The position numbers and the translations under genes are program-made. The notes beneath the pieces are model-generated. The model saw only the letters and a list, made by a program, of their open reading frames with translations, was not told the origin of the DNA and did no database searches. From a virus, in IMG/VR virus record IMGVR_UViG_3300032087_005129: a stretch of 64,000 bases of DNA. The stretch is one strand, 5' to 3'. This document shows positions 56,436-64,000 of this stretch, piece by piece. The stretch's first letter is position 1. Each line of letters starts with the position of its first letter.

Positions 56436-57464
56436 ATGAAAAAAATTGCTTTATTGCTTTGCAGTGTTTTTACATACAATACAACTGCAAACACTGACTG
56501 CCTAGATGTTTCTGGCGATATCATCGCTGTTGACCGTGGCAGAATCACACCATTCGGTAGAACGTTTGATCTTTACATCAAAACGAACGGGCGAAGACCG
56601 CTTGGTTTGGGTGCGTCTTGGCCACGCATTCACAATGACCTTGCTGTTCCTTTTCGGTGGGAAACAGAAGGTGAGTTTTTCTTCAACCGAAATTTAAACA
56701 CCCAACCTACTCTCGAAAATTCACCAGAGGCAATGGAATATTGGCTCAACAAGTATGAGTGTCCAAACATTAATGGGGTGTATGATTGTGAACCAGGAGA
56801 ATATTTCTTCTGCATGCAAGACAATCCATACAACAACTGGCTCTACAGCAATCACGAAGTTTCACAGCGTTGGGATGTCATCGGTCCCTACGGCATTCCA
56901 CGATGGAACGAACCTTACTATGACTCATACTGGGACAAGGGAACCTCATGGTTGGTAATGAATCGTCCCGGTTACATCTTCCCCGAAAGCACCAGCGGCG
57001 ACCAAGCCACACCAAGAATCGATCAAAGTAAAGGATTGTTGTTGCAAAACGATTACTACTTTGAACAAGCACCAACGCCCTATGACGGTTATGAAAGTTA
57101 CGAATGTGGTGGGTACAACTATAACGAATTTGGTAAAGTCATTGAGTTTGGTTCTGGTGATTGGGAAGATGACGAAATGGAAAACCACTACCGCTTTGCT
57201 CGCATGACAGGTATTGATCGTATCGCAATCAGCGGTGTGATTATTTACAGTGCAGTTGATTGCCAAGATCTGAACTTTGCTGAGCCTGTTTTCTTTGAGT
57301 ATGAACCAGACAACTCTTGTCCTGCTGATTTGGACGAAGATGGTAGAGTTGGTTTTTCAGACTTGCTTACTGTACTGAGTAATAACATTTACGCACCAGG
57401 AGCAAGAAAGACACAGTTTGATGCTTTGATTGAAGTTATTTCGCAATGGGGAGATTGTCAATGA
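56436..57464 (+). CDS. secreted acidic/aromatic protein with C-terminal dockerin-like anchor
   Basis: Signal MKKIALLLCSVF...A; ends PDNSCPADLDEDGRVGFSDLLTVLS...FDALIEVISQWGDC. Confidence 0.75.
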   Translation: MKKIALLLCSVFTYNTTANTDCLDVSGDIIAVDRGRITPFGRTFDLYIKTNGRRPLGLGASWPRIHNDLAVPFRWETEGEFFFNRNLNTQPTLENSPEAMEYWLNKYECPNINGVYDCEPGEYFFCMQDNPYNNWLYSNHEVSQRWDVIGPYGIPRWNEPYYDSYWDKGTSWLVMNRPGYIFPESTSGDQATPRIDQSKGLLLQNDYYFEQAPTPYDGYESYECGGYNYNEFGKVIEFGSGDWEDDEMENHYRFARMTGIDRIAISGVIIYSAVDCQDLNFAEPVFFEYEPDNSCPADLDEDGRVGFSDLLTVLSNNIYAPGARKTQFDALIEVISQWGDCQ

Positions 57465-58465
57465 TTTTAGAATTACTTTGTGCTACAGCACTTTCACAAA
57501 CAGAAATTGTTTATAAAGATTTGGGTAGACTCACACCGTTCGGAAGAACCATTGATGTCTACATTAAGAACACTCGCGGTGATGTTCCTGTTAAATTAGG
57601 ATCTGAAGGTCCAGGCACTTCTGTTGCTTGGTGGATTGACGGAAAGGTTTGGAAGAACCACAACGATTCGCAAATGGACTTCCTACTGAATGACCCTGCA
57701 AATGTTGAATTTTTGGAACAACAAATTCCAAACTTCTCTGACTGGGAAGCAGGTGAATGGTGGGAGTGTATGCAAAACAATCCAAACCAAACTGTCTACT
57801 GGCAGAACACCGATGTTCCAAGATTCTATTATCAAACTACTAGTGTTGATGGTTTGTTCTGGGGTGATTTACAAACATCACTGATTGAACAAGATTACTG
57901 GTGGGCAGACTCATGGATCGTGATGAACGAACCGTGGCAACAAAGTGGAAACAACGCAAGCACATTCACAGTGCAACCTGAGATTCCACAGTTTGTCGGT
58001 AATCTGCTTGAAGATGACCGAGTGATTTTCTGGGCTGGTGCTGCACCCCCGAACGAATACGGCACCGTTCTTTGCCCTCCACCCGACGAAAACGGAAACT
58101 TTGGATATCCGTGGTCTTGGTCTGGTCAACTGATGCGATTCAAGAATTACGGTCCCGATGATGTGAACCCGTGGGAGTCCACTGAGTTTGACAATCACTG
58201 GCGAATTGCTCGCATCACTGGTCCCGACTATATCGGCATTGGTGGAGTGGTTCTTTACAATCCAGAGAACGAAGAAGCGTACACTGAAGCCACAGGAGCA
58301 GGGCAAATCTTCCCTGACAACTCTTGTCCATCTGACTTGAACGAAGATGGAATTGTTGGCTTTAGTGACTTGATTCAAGTTTTGTCTGATGTCTCAGCAA
58401 GACGATATCGTGTCGATGGCTTCGAAGCGATTGTTAAGGTATTGTCAGAATGGGGTTCTTGCTAA
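57461..58465 (+). CDS. secreted protein with C-terminal dockerin-like anchor (paralog of 56436)
   Basis: Shares GR.TPFGRT.D.YIK, .CMQ.NP, SW.VMN.P, NH.R.AR.TG; ends PDNSCPSDLNEDGIVGFSDLIQVLS...VLSEWGSC. Confidence 0.75.
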   Translation: MILELLCATALSQTEIVYKDLGRLTPFGRTIDVYIKNTRGDVPVKLGSEGPGTSVAWWIDGKVWKNHNDSQMDFLLNDPANVEFLEQQIPNFSDWEAGEWWECMQNNPNQTVYWQNTDVPRFYYQTTSVDGLFWGDLQTSLIEQDYWWADSWIVMNEPWQQSGNNASTFTVQPEIPQFVGNLLEDDRVIFWAGAAPPNEYGTVLCPPPDENGNFGYPWSWSGQLMRFKNYGPDDVNPWESTEFDNHWRIARITGPDYIGIGGVVLYNPENEEAYTEATGAGQIFPDNSCPSDLNEDGIVGFSDLIQVLSDVSARRYRVDGFEAIVKVLSEWGSC

Positions 58466-58491
58466 ACTTCTAAAAAACTAAATACTTACTC

Positions 58492-58532
58492 AATCGGTGG
58501 CCGTTTCACAGTTTCGGTCACCGATTTTTTTT
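58492..58532 (+). terminator. hairpin with T tract (terminator/attenuator)
   Basis: ATCGGTGGCCG/CGGTCACCGAT stem followed by a T run; CTAAATA just upstream. Confidence 0.6.
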
Positions 58533-58552
58533 GGGATTAAAAAGGAGAGATT

Positions 58553-59176
58553 ATGATGAAATACTTGGCGCTGACACTAGCGACTGCTGCTCTTGCTGAT
58601 ATCGGTGGAGACCCAGTGGCATCACTTGAGTCAGAAATTTATGGCGAGAACTGGGCTGCTACAGTTAGATCATCTGTCTACACAGAAAACGAGCAACAAG
58701 ATCAACTAGGACTACCTGACGGTTCAATACTAATCACATACACAATCTACAATAGCGAAGAATCACTGTCTGAAATTGAAGACGTTGATATTTTTGTTGG
58801 CACTAAAACCGAAGAAAATAGTCATCTTTCTGTTCCTGGATACTTTCAACAACCAACAGATGATGAAAATAGACAAGCATATAACGCACCCGACTATGTT
58901 GATTTTGCGTACGAAACAGGGTTGTACAACTGGGACTGGGGCGCCGAGGGAAACTTTTTCTCCTCAGGATTGAAACCTGGGGAATACGCAACTCTATTCG
59001 TGATATCATGGACGGATGGATGGATCGAGAATCCTGGCATCGTTCAGGGTGGAGGTGACGCAGGGATCTTTTTTGCTTTTGTTCCTGAGATTGACGGACA
59101 AGAAATACCTGCACCTGGCACACTCACCCTTCTTGGTCTTTCGATCATTGGCAACAGAACCAGAAAGCGTAGATAA
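58553..59176 (+). CDS. PEP-CTERM (IPAPG-type) sorting-signal protein
   Basis: Signal MMKYLALTLATAALA; ends IPAPGTLTLLGLSIIGNRTRKRR. Confidence 0.85.
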   Translation: MMKYLALTLATAALADIGGDPVASLESEIYGENWAATVRSSVYTENEQQDQLGLPDGSILITYTIYNSEESLSEIEDVDIFVGTKTEENSHLSVPGYFQQPTDDENRQAYNAPDYVDFAYETGLYNWDWGAEGNFFSSGLKPGEYATLFVISWTDGWIENPGIVQGGGDAGIFFAFVPEIDGQEIPAPGTLTLLGLSIIGNRTRKRR

Positions 59177-59180
59177 GTTG

Positions 59181-59188
59181 TATAAATA
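59181..59188 (+). promoter_or_regulatory. T4-type late promoter
   Basis: TATAAATA upstream of gp25. Confidence 0.75.
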
Positions 59189-59194
59189 GATGGC

Positions 59195-59575
59195 ATGGCA
59201 AGATATGTCGATCTAGATTTAGACTTTGAAAAAAACCCCTTTACGCTTGACGTTAACACCAAAGTAGATGTTGATGCTGTAAAACGATCTATTCGGAATC
59301 TGATTGTTCCTGGTAGATTTGAGAGGCTTTTTCAACCTGACCTGAGTGCTGGTGTCTCAGGTCTTCTTTTTGAGCATTTAACACCAGGTTCAAAACACAC
59401 GATTGAAAAACTCATCAGTCAAACAATCGAAAACTCTGAACCAAGGGCAAGCCTAAAAAATGTCATTGTTGTTGATGATTTTGACAATAATGGTTTGAAA
59501 GTGACCATCGACTTCACTGTTTTAAACGTATCTCAGCCAGCGACACTCGAATTCACACTTAGAAGGTTACGATAA
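59195..59575 (+). CDS. gp25: baseplate wedge subunit (gp25-like)
   Basis: DLDL.F..NP.T.D....D..AVKRSIRNL....ER.FQP....LFE...EPR...L.RLR. Confidence 0.93.
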   Translation: MARYVDLDLDFEKNPFTLDVNTKVDVDAVKRSIRNLIVPGRFERLFQPDLSAGVSGLLFEHLTPGSKHTIEKLISQTIENSEPRASLKNVIVVDDFDNNGLKVTIDFTVLNVSQPATLEFTLRRLR

Positions 59576-61530
59576 TGGCAACAAACGATCTTAAGGTAGA
59601 CGCTCTTGATTTTGATACTATCAAAACAAATTTAAAGTCGTTCTTGAAATCACAAGACAAATTTAAAGACTATGACTTTGATGGGTCAGGTCTTTCTGTT
59701 TTACTTGACATACTCGCATACAACACCCACTATCAGGGCTTCTATGCACAACAGTTAGCAAACGAAGCGTTCATTGGCACAGCAGTAACAAAGAGTGCTG
59801 TTGTTGCAAACGCAAAGACACTAGGATACACCCCAACGTCTATTACAGCACCCACAGCAGTTGTAGATGTTGAATTTGCAACGCAGCCTACAAGCGACGT
59901 AATCTCTTTCGGTACAAAATTTACCACGACAATCAATGGCACAACATACAACTTTATCGCTGACAAAGACTATTCAATTGTTTTTGATACAGTTCTTTCT
60001 AAGTATGTGGCAAAAAATGTAAACATCAAAGAGGGTGCATTTAACTTTTTCTCATACGTTGCAGATCTTAACGATCAGAATCAAAAGTTTTTGATACCAA
60101 CAAATAAAGCAGACACAAGCACGCTGATTGTTCGTGTTCAAAACTCAAAGACAGATACAACAGGTTTCACTGATGTTTGGCAAAGATCAACAAATGTTTC
60201 TGATTCTACGAGCGAGTCAAAGGTTTATTACCTTGATCAGAATCAAGACGGCAAGTACGAAGTCTATTTCGGTGATGGTATAATTAGTCAATCACTAAAC
60301 AGTGGCAACTTAGTAATCTTACAATATCTTGTGACAAGTGGTCCAGACTCAAACGGCGCGGGAAAGGCTGATGGTGAGGGTTCAAGAACATTTAGTTTTC
60401 AAGGTAATCTAGAGGCGACAGCAACAGTAAAGGTTGTGGGCGAAGCCTCTGGTGGTTCTTTGTCTGAAAGCATAGAGTCGATTCGTTTCAACGCTCCTAA
60501 AATGTATCAAACACAAAATCGTGCAGTCACCTCTGAGGACTATCAAGCGATTCTTCGTCAAGAGTATGGAGACATCGAATCTGTTTTTGTTTGGGGTGGT
60601 GAAGAAAATGATCCACCAGAATACGGCAAAGTTTTCATCGCTGTAAAGCCTGTCTCTGGCAATGAACTTACTGTAACCGAAAAAGAATCAATAGCAAGAA
60701 AAGTTGTTGACGGTAAAAATATTATTGGTATTATTCCTGTTGTTGTAGATCCAGATACTCGGTACCTAATTGTTGATACGAACGTTTACTACGATCAAAA
60801 CAAAACTGTAAAAAGTCCTGATGCAATCAAAGAATTGGTTAGAAGTAAGATTGTAAACTTCGGTGATAATAGCCTTGAGAAGTTTGGTAGAGGATTTAGA
60901 TACTCAACCTTTGTGAAAGAAATTGACTCTGCCGACGTTAGCATTCTGAGTAACAACACAACCGTAAAGGTTCAAAAGCGTTTGACACCAACACTAAACT
61001 CTACCGCATCTTACACAATTGACTTTATTACACCACTGCACAATCCACACGCAGGTCATGCCTCAATCACTGACTCTACTTCGTTTGAGTATTATGATAG
61101 TACGACCCTTTCGAACAAGACATCTTTCTTAGATGACGATGGTAATGGTAACATTCGCATTTACTACTTAGATGGTGGTGTTAAAAAATTTATCACAGAG
61201 TCGGCGGGAACAATTGATTACACCACAGGCAAAATCGAATTGGTAAACTTTAGACCAATTTCAATTTCGTCTGGCGACTCTTTTATTAAAGTTACAGTTC
61301 TTCCAGGCGAACCTGCTGGTGCTACAGATATAAAATCTATTCGTGATCAAATACTTACAATTGACAGCACAGACAGCACAGCGATTACCATTTCTGTTTC
61401 GCAGGATATTCTTGATAAAGAATACAAAAACACAGGTGTCAGTTTAAGTTCGACAACAACACAGTCTACAACTACAACACAAACAACACAAACAGAAACC
61501 AACATTTCAACTAGCGGATCATACTATTAA
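59575..61530 (+). CDS. gp6: baseplate wedge subunit (gp6-like)
   Basis: LDFD.IK.NLK.FL..Q..F.DYDF.GSGLS.LLDILAYNTHY, YFGDG, QNRAVT..DY, WGGEENDPP.YGKVFI. Confidence 0.95.
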   Translation: MATNDLKVDALDFDTIKTNLKSFLKSQDKFKDYDFDGSGLSVLLDILAYNTHYQGFYAQQLANEAFIGTAVTKSAVVANAKTLGYTPTSITAPTAVVDVEFATQPTSDVISFGTKFTTTINGTTYNFIADKDYSIVFDTVLSKYVAKNVNIKEGAFNFFSYVADLNDQNQKFLIPTNKADTSTLIVRVQNSKTDTTGFTDVWQRSTNVSDSTSESKVYYLDQNQDGKYEVYFGDGIISQSLNSGNLVILQYLVTSGPDSNGAGKADGEGSRTFSFQGNLEATATVKVVGEASGGSLSESIESIRFNAPKMYQTQNRAVTSEDYQAILRQEYGDIESVFVWGGEENDPPEYGKVFIAVKPVSGNELTVTEKESIARKVVDGKNIIGIIPVVVDPDTRYLIVDTNVYYDQNKTVKSPDAIKELVRSKIVNFGDNSLEKFGRGFRYSTFVKEIDSADVSILSNNTTVKVQKRLTPTLNSTASYTIDFITPLHNPHAGHASITDSTSFEYYDSTTLSNKTSFLDDDGNGNIRIYYLDGGVKKFITESAGTIDYTTGKIELVNFRPISISSGDSFIKVTVLPGEPAGATDIKSIRDQILTIDSTDSTAITISVSQDILDKEYKNTGVSLSSTTTQSTTTTQTTQTETNISTSGSYY

Positions 61531-63323
61531 TGTCTAGACCATTAGTATCACCATTAATCTCAAATCAGTTACCTGGTTTTTTCAAGGTGGATCACCCCAC
61601 CTTTGTTTCTTTTCTAGAAGCATATTATGAGTTTTTAGAGCAAGACAATCCAAAAACACCAACAGACTTTGCTGATATTCAAGATATGGATCAAACTTTA
61701 GATACATTCATTGAGGACTTTAGAGTCCAGTATCTCGCAGACTTTCCTGAAAGTCTTGTTTTAGATGAAAAAACAGGTAACCCTGTCAACAAAAGAAAAC
61801 TAATTAAAAATATTGATCAGTTTTACAGATCAAAAGGAACTCCAAAGGCTGTAAAGTTTTTGATTCGTGTTTTGTTAGATACGAACGTTGACATCTATGA
61901 ACCATCAAGAGATGTTTTTAGATTGTCGGACGGTAAATACATTCAGAATAAATCTATTCGAACAACTTCAACACAAGGTTCTAGTTTGTTTGATTCACCA
62001 GGCAAAGAGTTGATTCAAAGAGACTCTTCGGGCACGATAACTACAAGAGCAAAAGTTCAAACAGTAAACTTCTTTGATACTTCAACAGGTAAAATTTCAG
62101 AGTTTTTTATCAAAGACATTAATGGATCTGGGTTTCAAGCAAACAGTCCGGTTGAGTTTGTAAACAATGAAGGTTCTACGATAATAGAAAAAGAAATTTT
62201 ATCTGTCATTACTTCTGTGACACCAGATAAAAACAACGCAGGTCAAAACTATGAGGTTGGTGACAAAGTTATTTTTGAAACCGTGTCTGGTGATAAAGGT
62301 CAAAGCGTTGCAGCATCAGTAGGATCTATTGGCTCTAGTGGTGAAATAAGAACCATAAACATTGATAACTTTGGTTTCAACTATGAAAAAAATCCAAATA
62401 TCACAAAAGTAGAATCTGTTTTTGGCTCTGGTGGCGTGACAGGAATTACAACAACTATTGGTTCTCTGTGTGAGTATCCAGGATACTACTCATCAAACGA
62501 TGGTGTTTTGTCAACAAATAAAAAAGTTCAAGACAACAAGTTTTATCAAAACTTTTCTTATGTGATTCGAACAGAAGCAACAATTGATAAGTATCGTGAT
62601 GCACTTTTAAAGATTGCACACCCAGCAGGATTTGGTTTCTTTGGTCAAGTTCGTTTTATTCGTTGTGCTGAATCTGAGTTACCAAACCATAACTTAGCGT
62701 TTGTGATCCGTAACAAACTCGTTGGTAACTTTTCTGCATATACAAACAACACAAAAGATAATCTAAATGATTGGTTCAGAACAAGCGTTGATGGTGCAAC
62801 ACAAGGGTATGATCCTGCTTTTCACGATAGAGCAATAACTACAGAGTCGGGTGCAGTGAACGATCAATTTGGCACACCATTGACAGGCAACCCAATTTCA
62901 GCATCTTTGTTTTTCGAAGAGTACGGTGCATCACCAGATCCACTTTCGGGGCCAAACTTTGGTGATTTTGCAGAGCCTTTCTATATTATTGAGTCACACC
63001 CAAATGTTGAGTTAGATCAAAAAGTTGTAAATGGTCGTGTCTCAACAACATTTAAGAATCAAGTGTATAACGAATCGAACCCTGATGGTTCGACAGGCTG
63101 GAAAGAGTTTCAGCGTGTGTATGGGCCCAACGGCGAACCAGGTTTGTCAAATGGTGCTGATGGATGGTTTAACGCTTTTACTGGCGACAACGCTTTTGTT
63201 TCTCTCAAATACTTCAGAGGCGAAACAGAGATGCGAAAAATATTCATTCGCTCTTTAATTGAGGGAGCAGGTTTTACGCCAACATTTGATTGTCGTAGAA
63301 GCGATGGCTATTCCACGACATAA
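61530..63323 (+). CDS. baseplate wedge initiator (gp7-like)
   Basis: QLP.F...D.P.FV.FL.AYYEFLE, FY.SKGT, QD..FYQ.FSY.I, HPAGF..FG. Confidence 0.8.
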   Translation: MSRPLVSPLISNQLPGFFKVDHPTFVSFLEAYYEFLEQDNPKTPTDFADIQDMDQTLDTFIEDFRVQYLADFPESLVLDEKTGNPVNKRKLIKNIDQFYRSKGTPKAVKFLIRVLLDTNVDIYEPSRDVFRLSDGKYIQNKSIRTTSTQGSSLFDSPGKELIQRDSSGTITTRAKVQTVNFFDTSTGKISEFFIKDINGSGFQANSPVEFVNNEGSTIIEKEILSVITSVTPDKNNAGQNYEVGDKVIFETVSGDKGQSVAASVGSIGSSGEIRTINIDNFGFNYEKNPNITKVESVFGSGGVTGITTTIGSLCEYPGYYSSNDGVLSTNKKVQDNKFYQNFSYVIRTEATIDKYRDALLKIAHPAGFGFFGQVRFIRCAESELPNHNLAFVIRNKLVGNFSAYTNNTKDNLNDWFRTSVDGATQGYDPAFHDRAITTESGAVNDQFGTPLTGNPISASLFFEEYGASPDPLSGPNFGDFAEPFYIIESHPNVELDQKVVNGRVSTTFKNQVYNESNPDGSTGWKEFQRVYGPNGEPGLSNGADGWFNAFTGDNAFVSLKYFRGETEMRKIFIRSLIEGAGFTPTFDCRRSDGYSTT

Positions 63324-63346
63324 ATAGGATAGTTTGGAGAAAATAG

Positions 63347-64000
63347 ATGGTAGTTTGCGACCCATTTCGTCAAGGTTATAAGTATTTTCTGAATGGTATT
63401 CATTTCGATAAGTATCAGTTCTTATCTAATGAGTATTGGTTTTTAGGTATCGGCAAGTCAACACCATGGAAAGATTCTTTTGACAATAATACCGACACAT
63501 CACCCCCAACAAATTTAGACTCAGTAGAATCAAAAATTAACTTTAGCAGAAATATGTTAGCAGCGAAAAGAATCTTTCCTGCCGATGTTTCAATGATTGT
63601 GCCAAGAATAAACTGGGAAGCAAACACAGTCTACACACAATATGATGACAAAGTTGATCTTTTCGATGATGTAAGCCCAGCAAACTTTTATGTTTTAGTT
63701 GAAAACAGAAGAGTCTATAAATGTATCTTTAATAAGAATGATTCTGCAAGCACCGTAGCACCAACACACACAGACACAGCGATTCGTGAAGTTGCTGATG
63801 GTTACAAGTGGAAGTTTTTGTTTACACTCACAGAAGATAACGAAGAAAACTTTCTTCTTGATGACTTTATTCCTGTTGAATATTTAAATGATAGACCAAC
63901 AAACACAACAAAACTTCTTCAATATAACGTTCAGCAGGCTGCTGTTGACGGTGCCATAGATCATGTTGAAATTGAGTCTGTTGGGGCCACGTTTATATCG
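63347..64000 (+). CDS. gp8: baseplate wedge subunit (gp8-like), 3'-truncated
   Basis: Read by eye from ATG 63347: IGKSTPW...MLAAKRI...PRINW...Y.QY...FYV....VYKCI.N...PT...DGYKWKFL; open to window end. Confidence 0.85.
   Translation, partial: MVVCDPFRQGYKYFLNGIHFDKYQFLSNEYWFLGIGKSTPWKDSFDNNTDTSPPTNLDSVESKINFSRNMLAAKRIFPADVSMIVPRINWEANTVYTQYDDKVDLFDDVSPANFYVLVENRRVYKCIFNKNDSASTVAPTHTDTAIREVADGYKWKFLFTLTEDNEENFLLDDFIPVEYLNDRPTNTTKLLQYNVQQAAVDGAIDHVEIESVGATFIS

Noticed and set aside
56436-58465. Diversity-generating retroelement template/variable repeat pair
   Set aside because: Similarity is protein-level paralogy with differences not restricted to adenines; no reverse transcriptase in the window.
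1-64000. CRISPR array or stop-codon reassignment
   Set aside because: No repeat-spacer array seen; core genes are full length in the standard code and no suppressor tRNA is present.

Overview
A 64 kb segment of a large, AT-rich T4-like myophage genome in the standard genetic code. It carries the replication and nucleotide-metabolism core (gp62, regA, dUTPase, gp43, primase gp61, ThyX, class II RNR, RNase H, RuvC-like resolvase, gp33, gp59, gp32), five tRNAs, early and late accessory regions, and the baseplate/tail module (gp26/gp51, gp54, gp2, gp4, gp48, gp53, gp5, PAAR, collagen-like fibre, gp25, gp6, gp7-like, start of gp8). T4-type late promoters (NATAAATA) and sigma70-like early promoters with a fixed 16-nt spacer are visible. 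The most unusual signal is a set of genes for bacterial cell-surface proteins carrying host-type sorting tags: three secreted proteins ending in a single dockerin-like CxxDxxxDGxVGFxDL...WG anchor, two PEP-CTERM-like proteins (one of the IPAPG type), a TonB energy transducer, and a tiny peptide resembling the isolated dockerin helix. These tags are typical of Phycisphaerae (Planctomycetota). They suggest both the host and a phage-directed system for remodelling the infected cell surface through host export and anchoring machinery. Two candidate -1 frameshifts (gp26/gp51 ahead of the tape-measure-like gene; a lipoprotein/TM pair resembling a unimolecular spanin) and several RNA regulatory structures were also found. 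All family calls come from motif recognition and gene order, not database searches.
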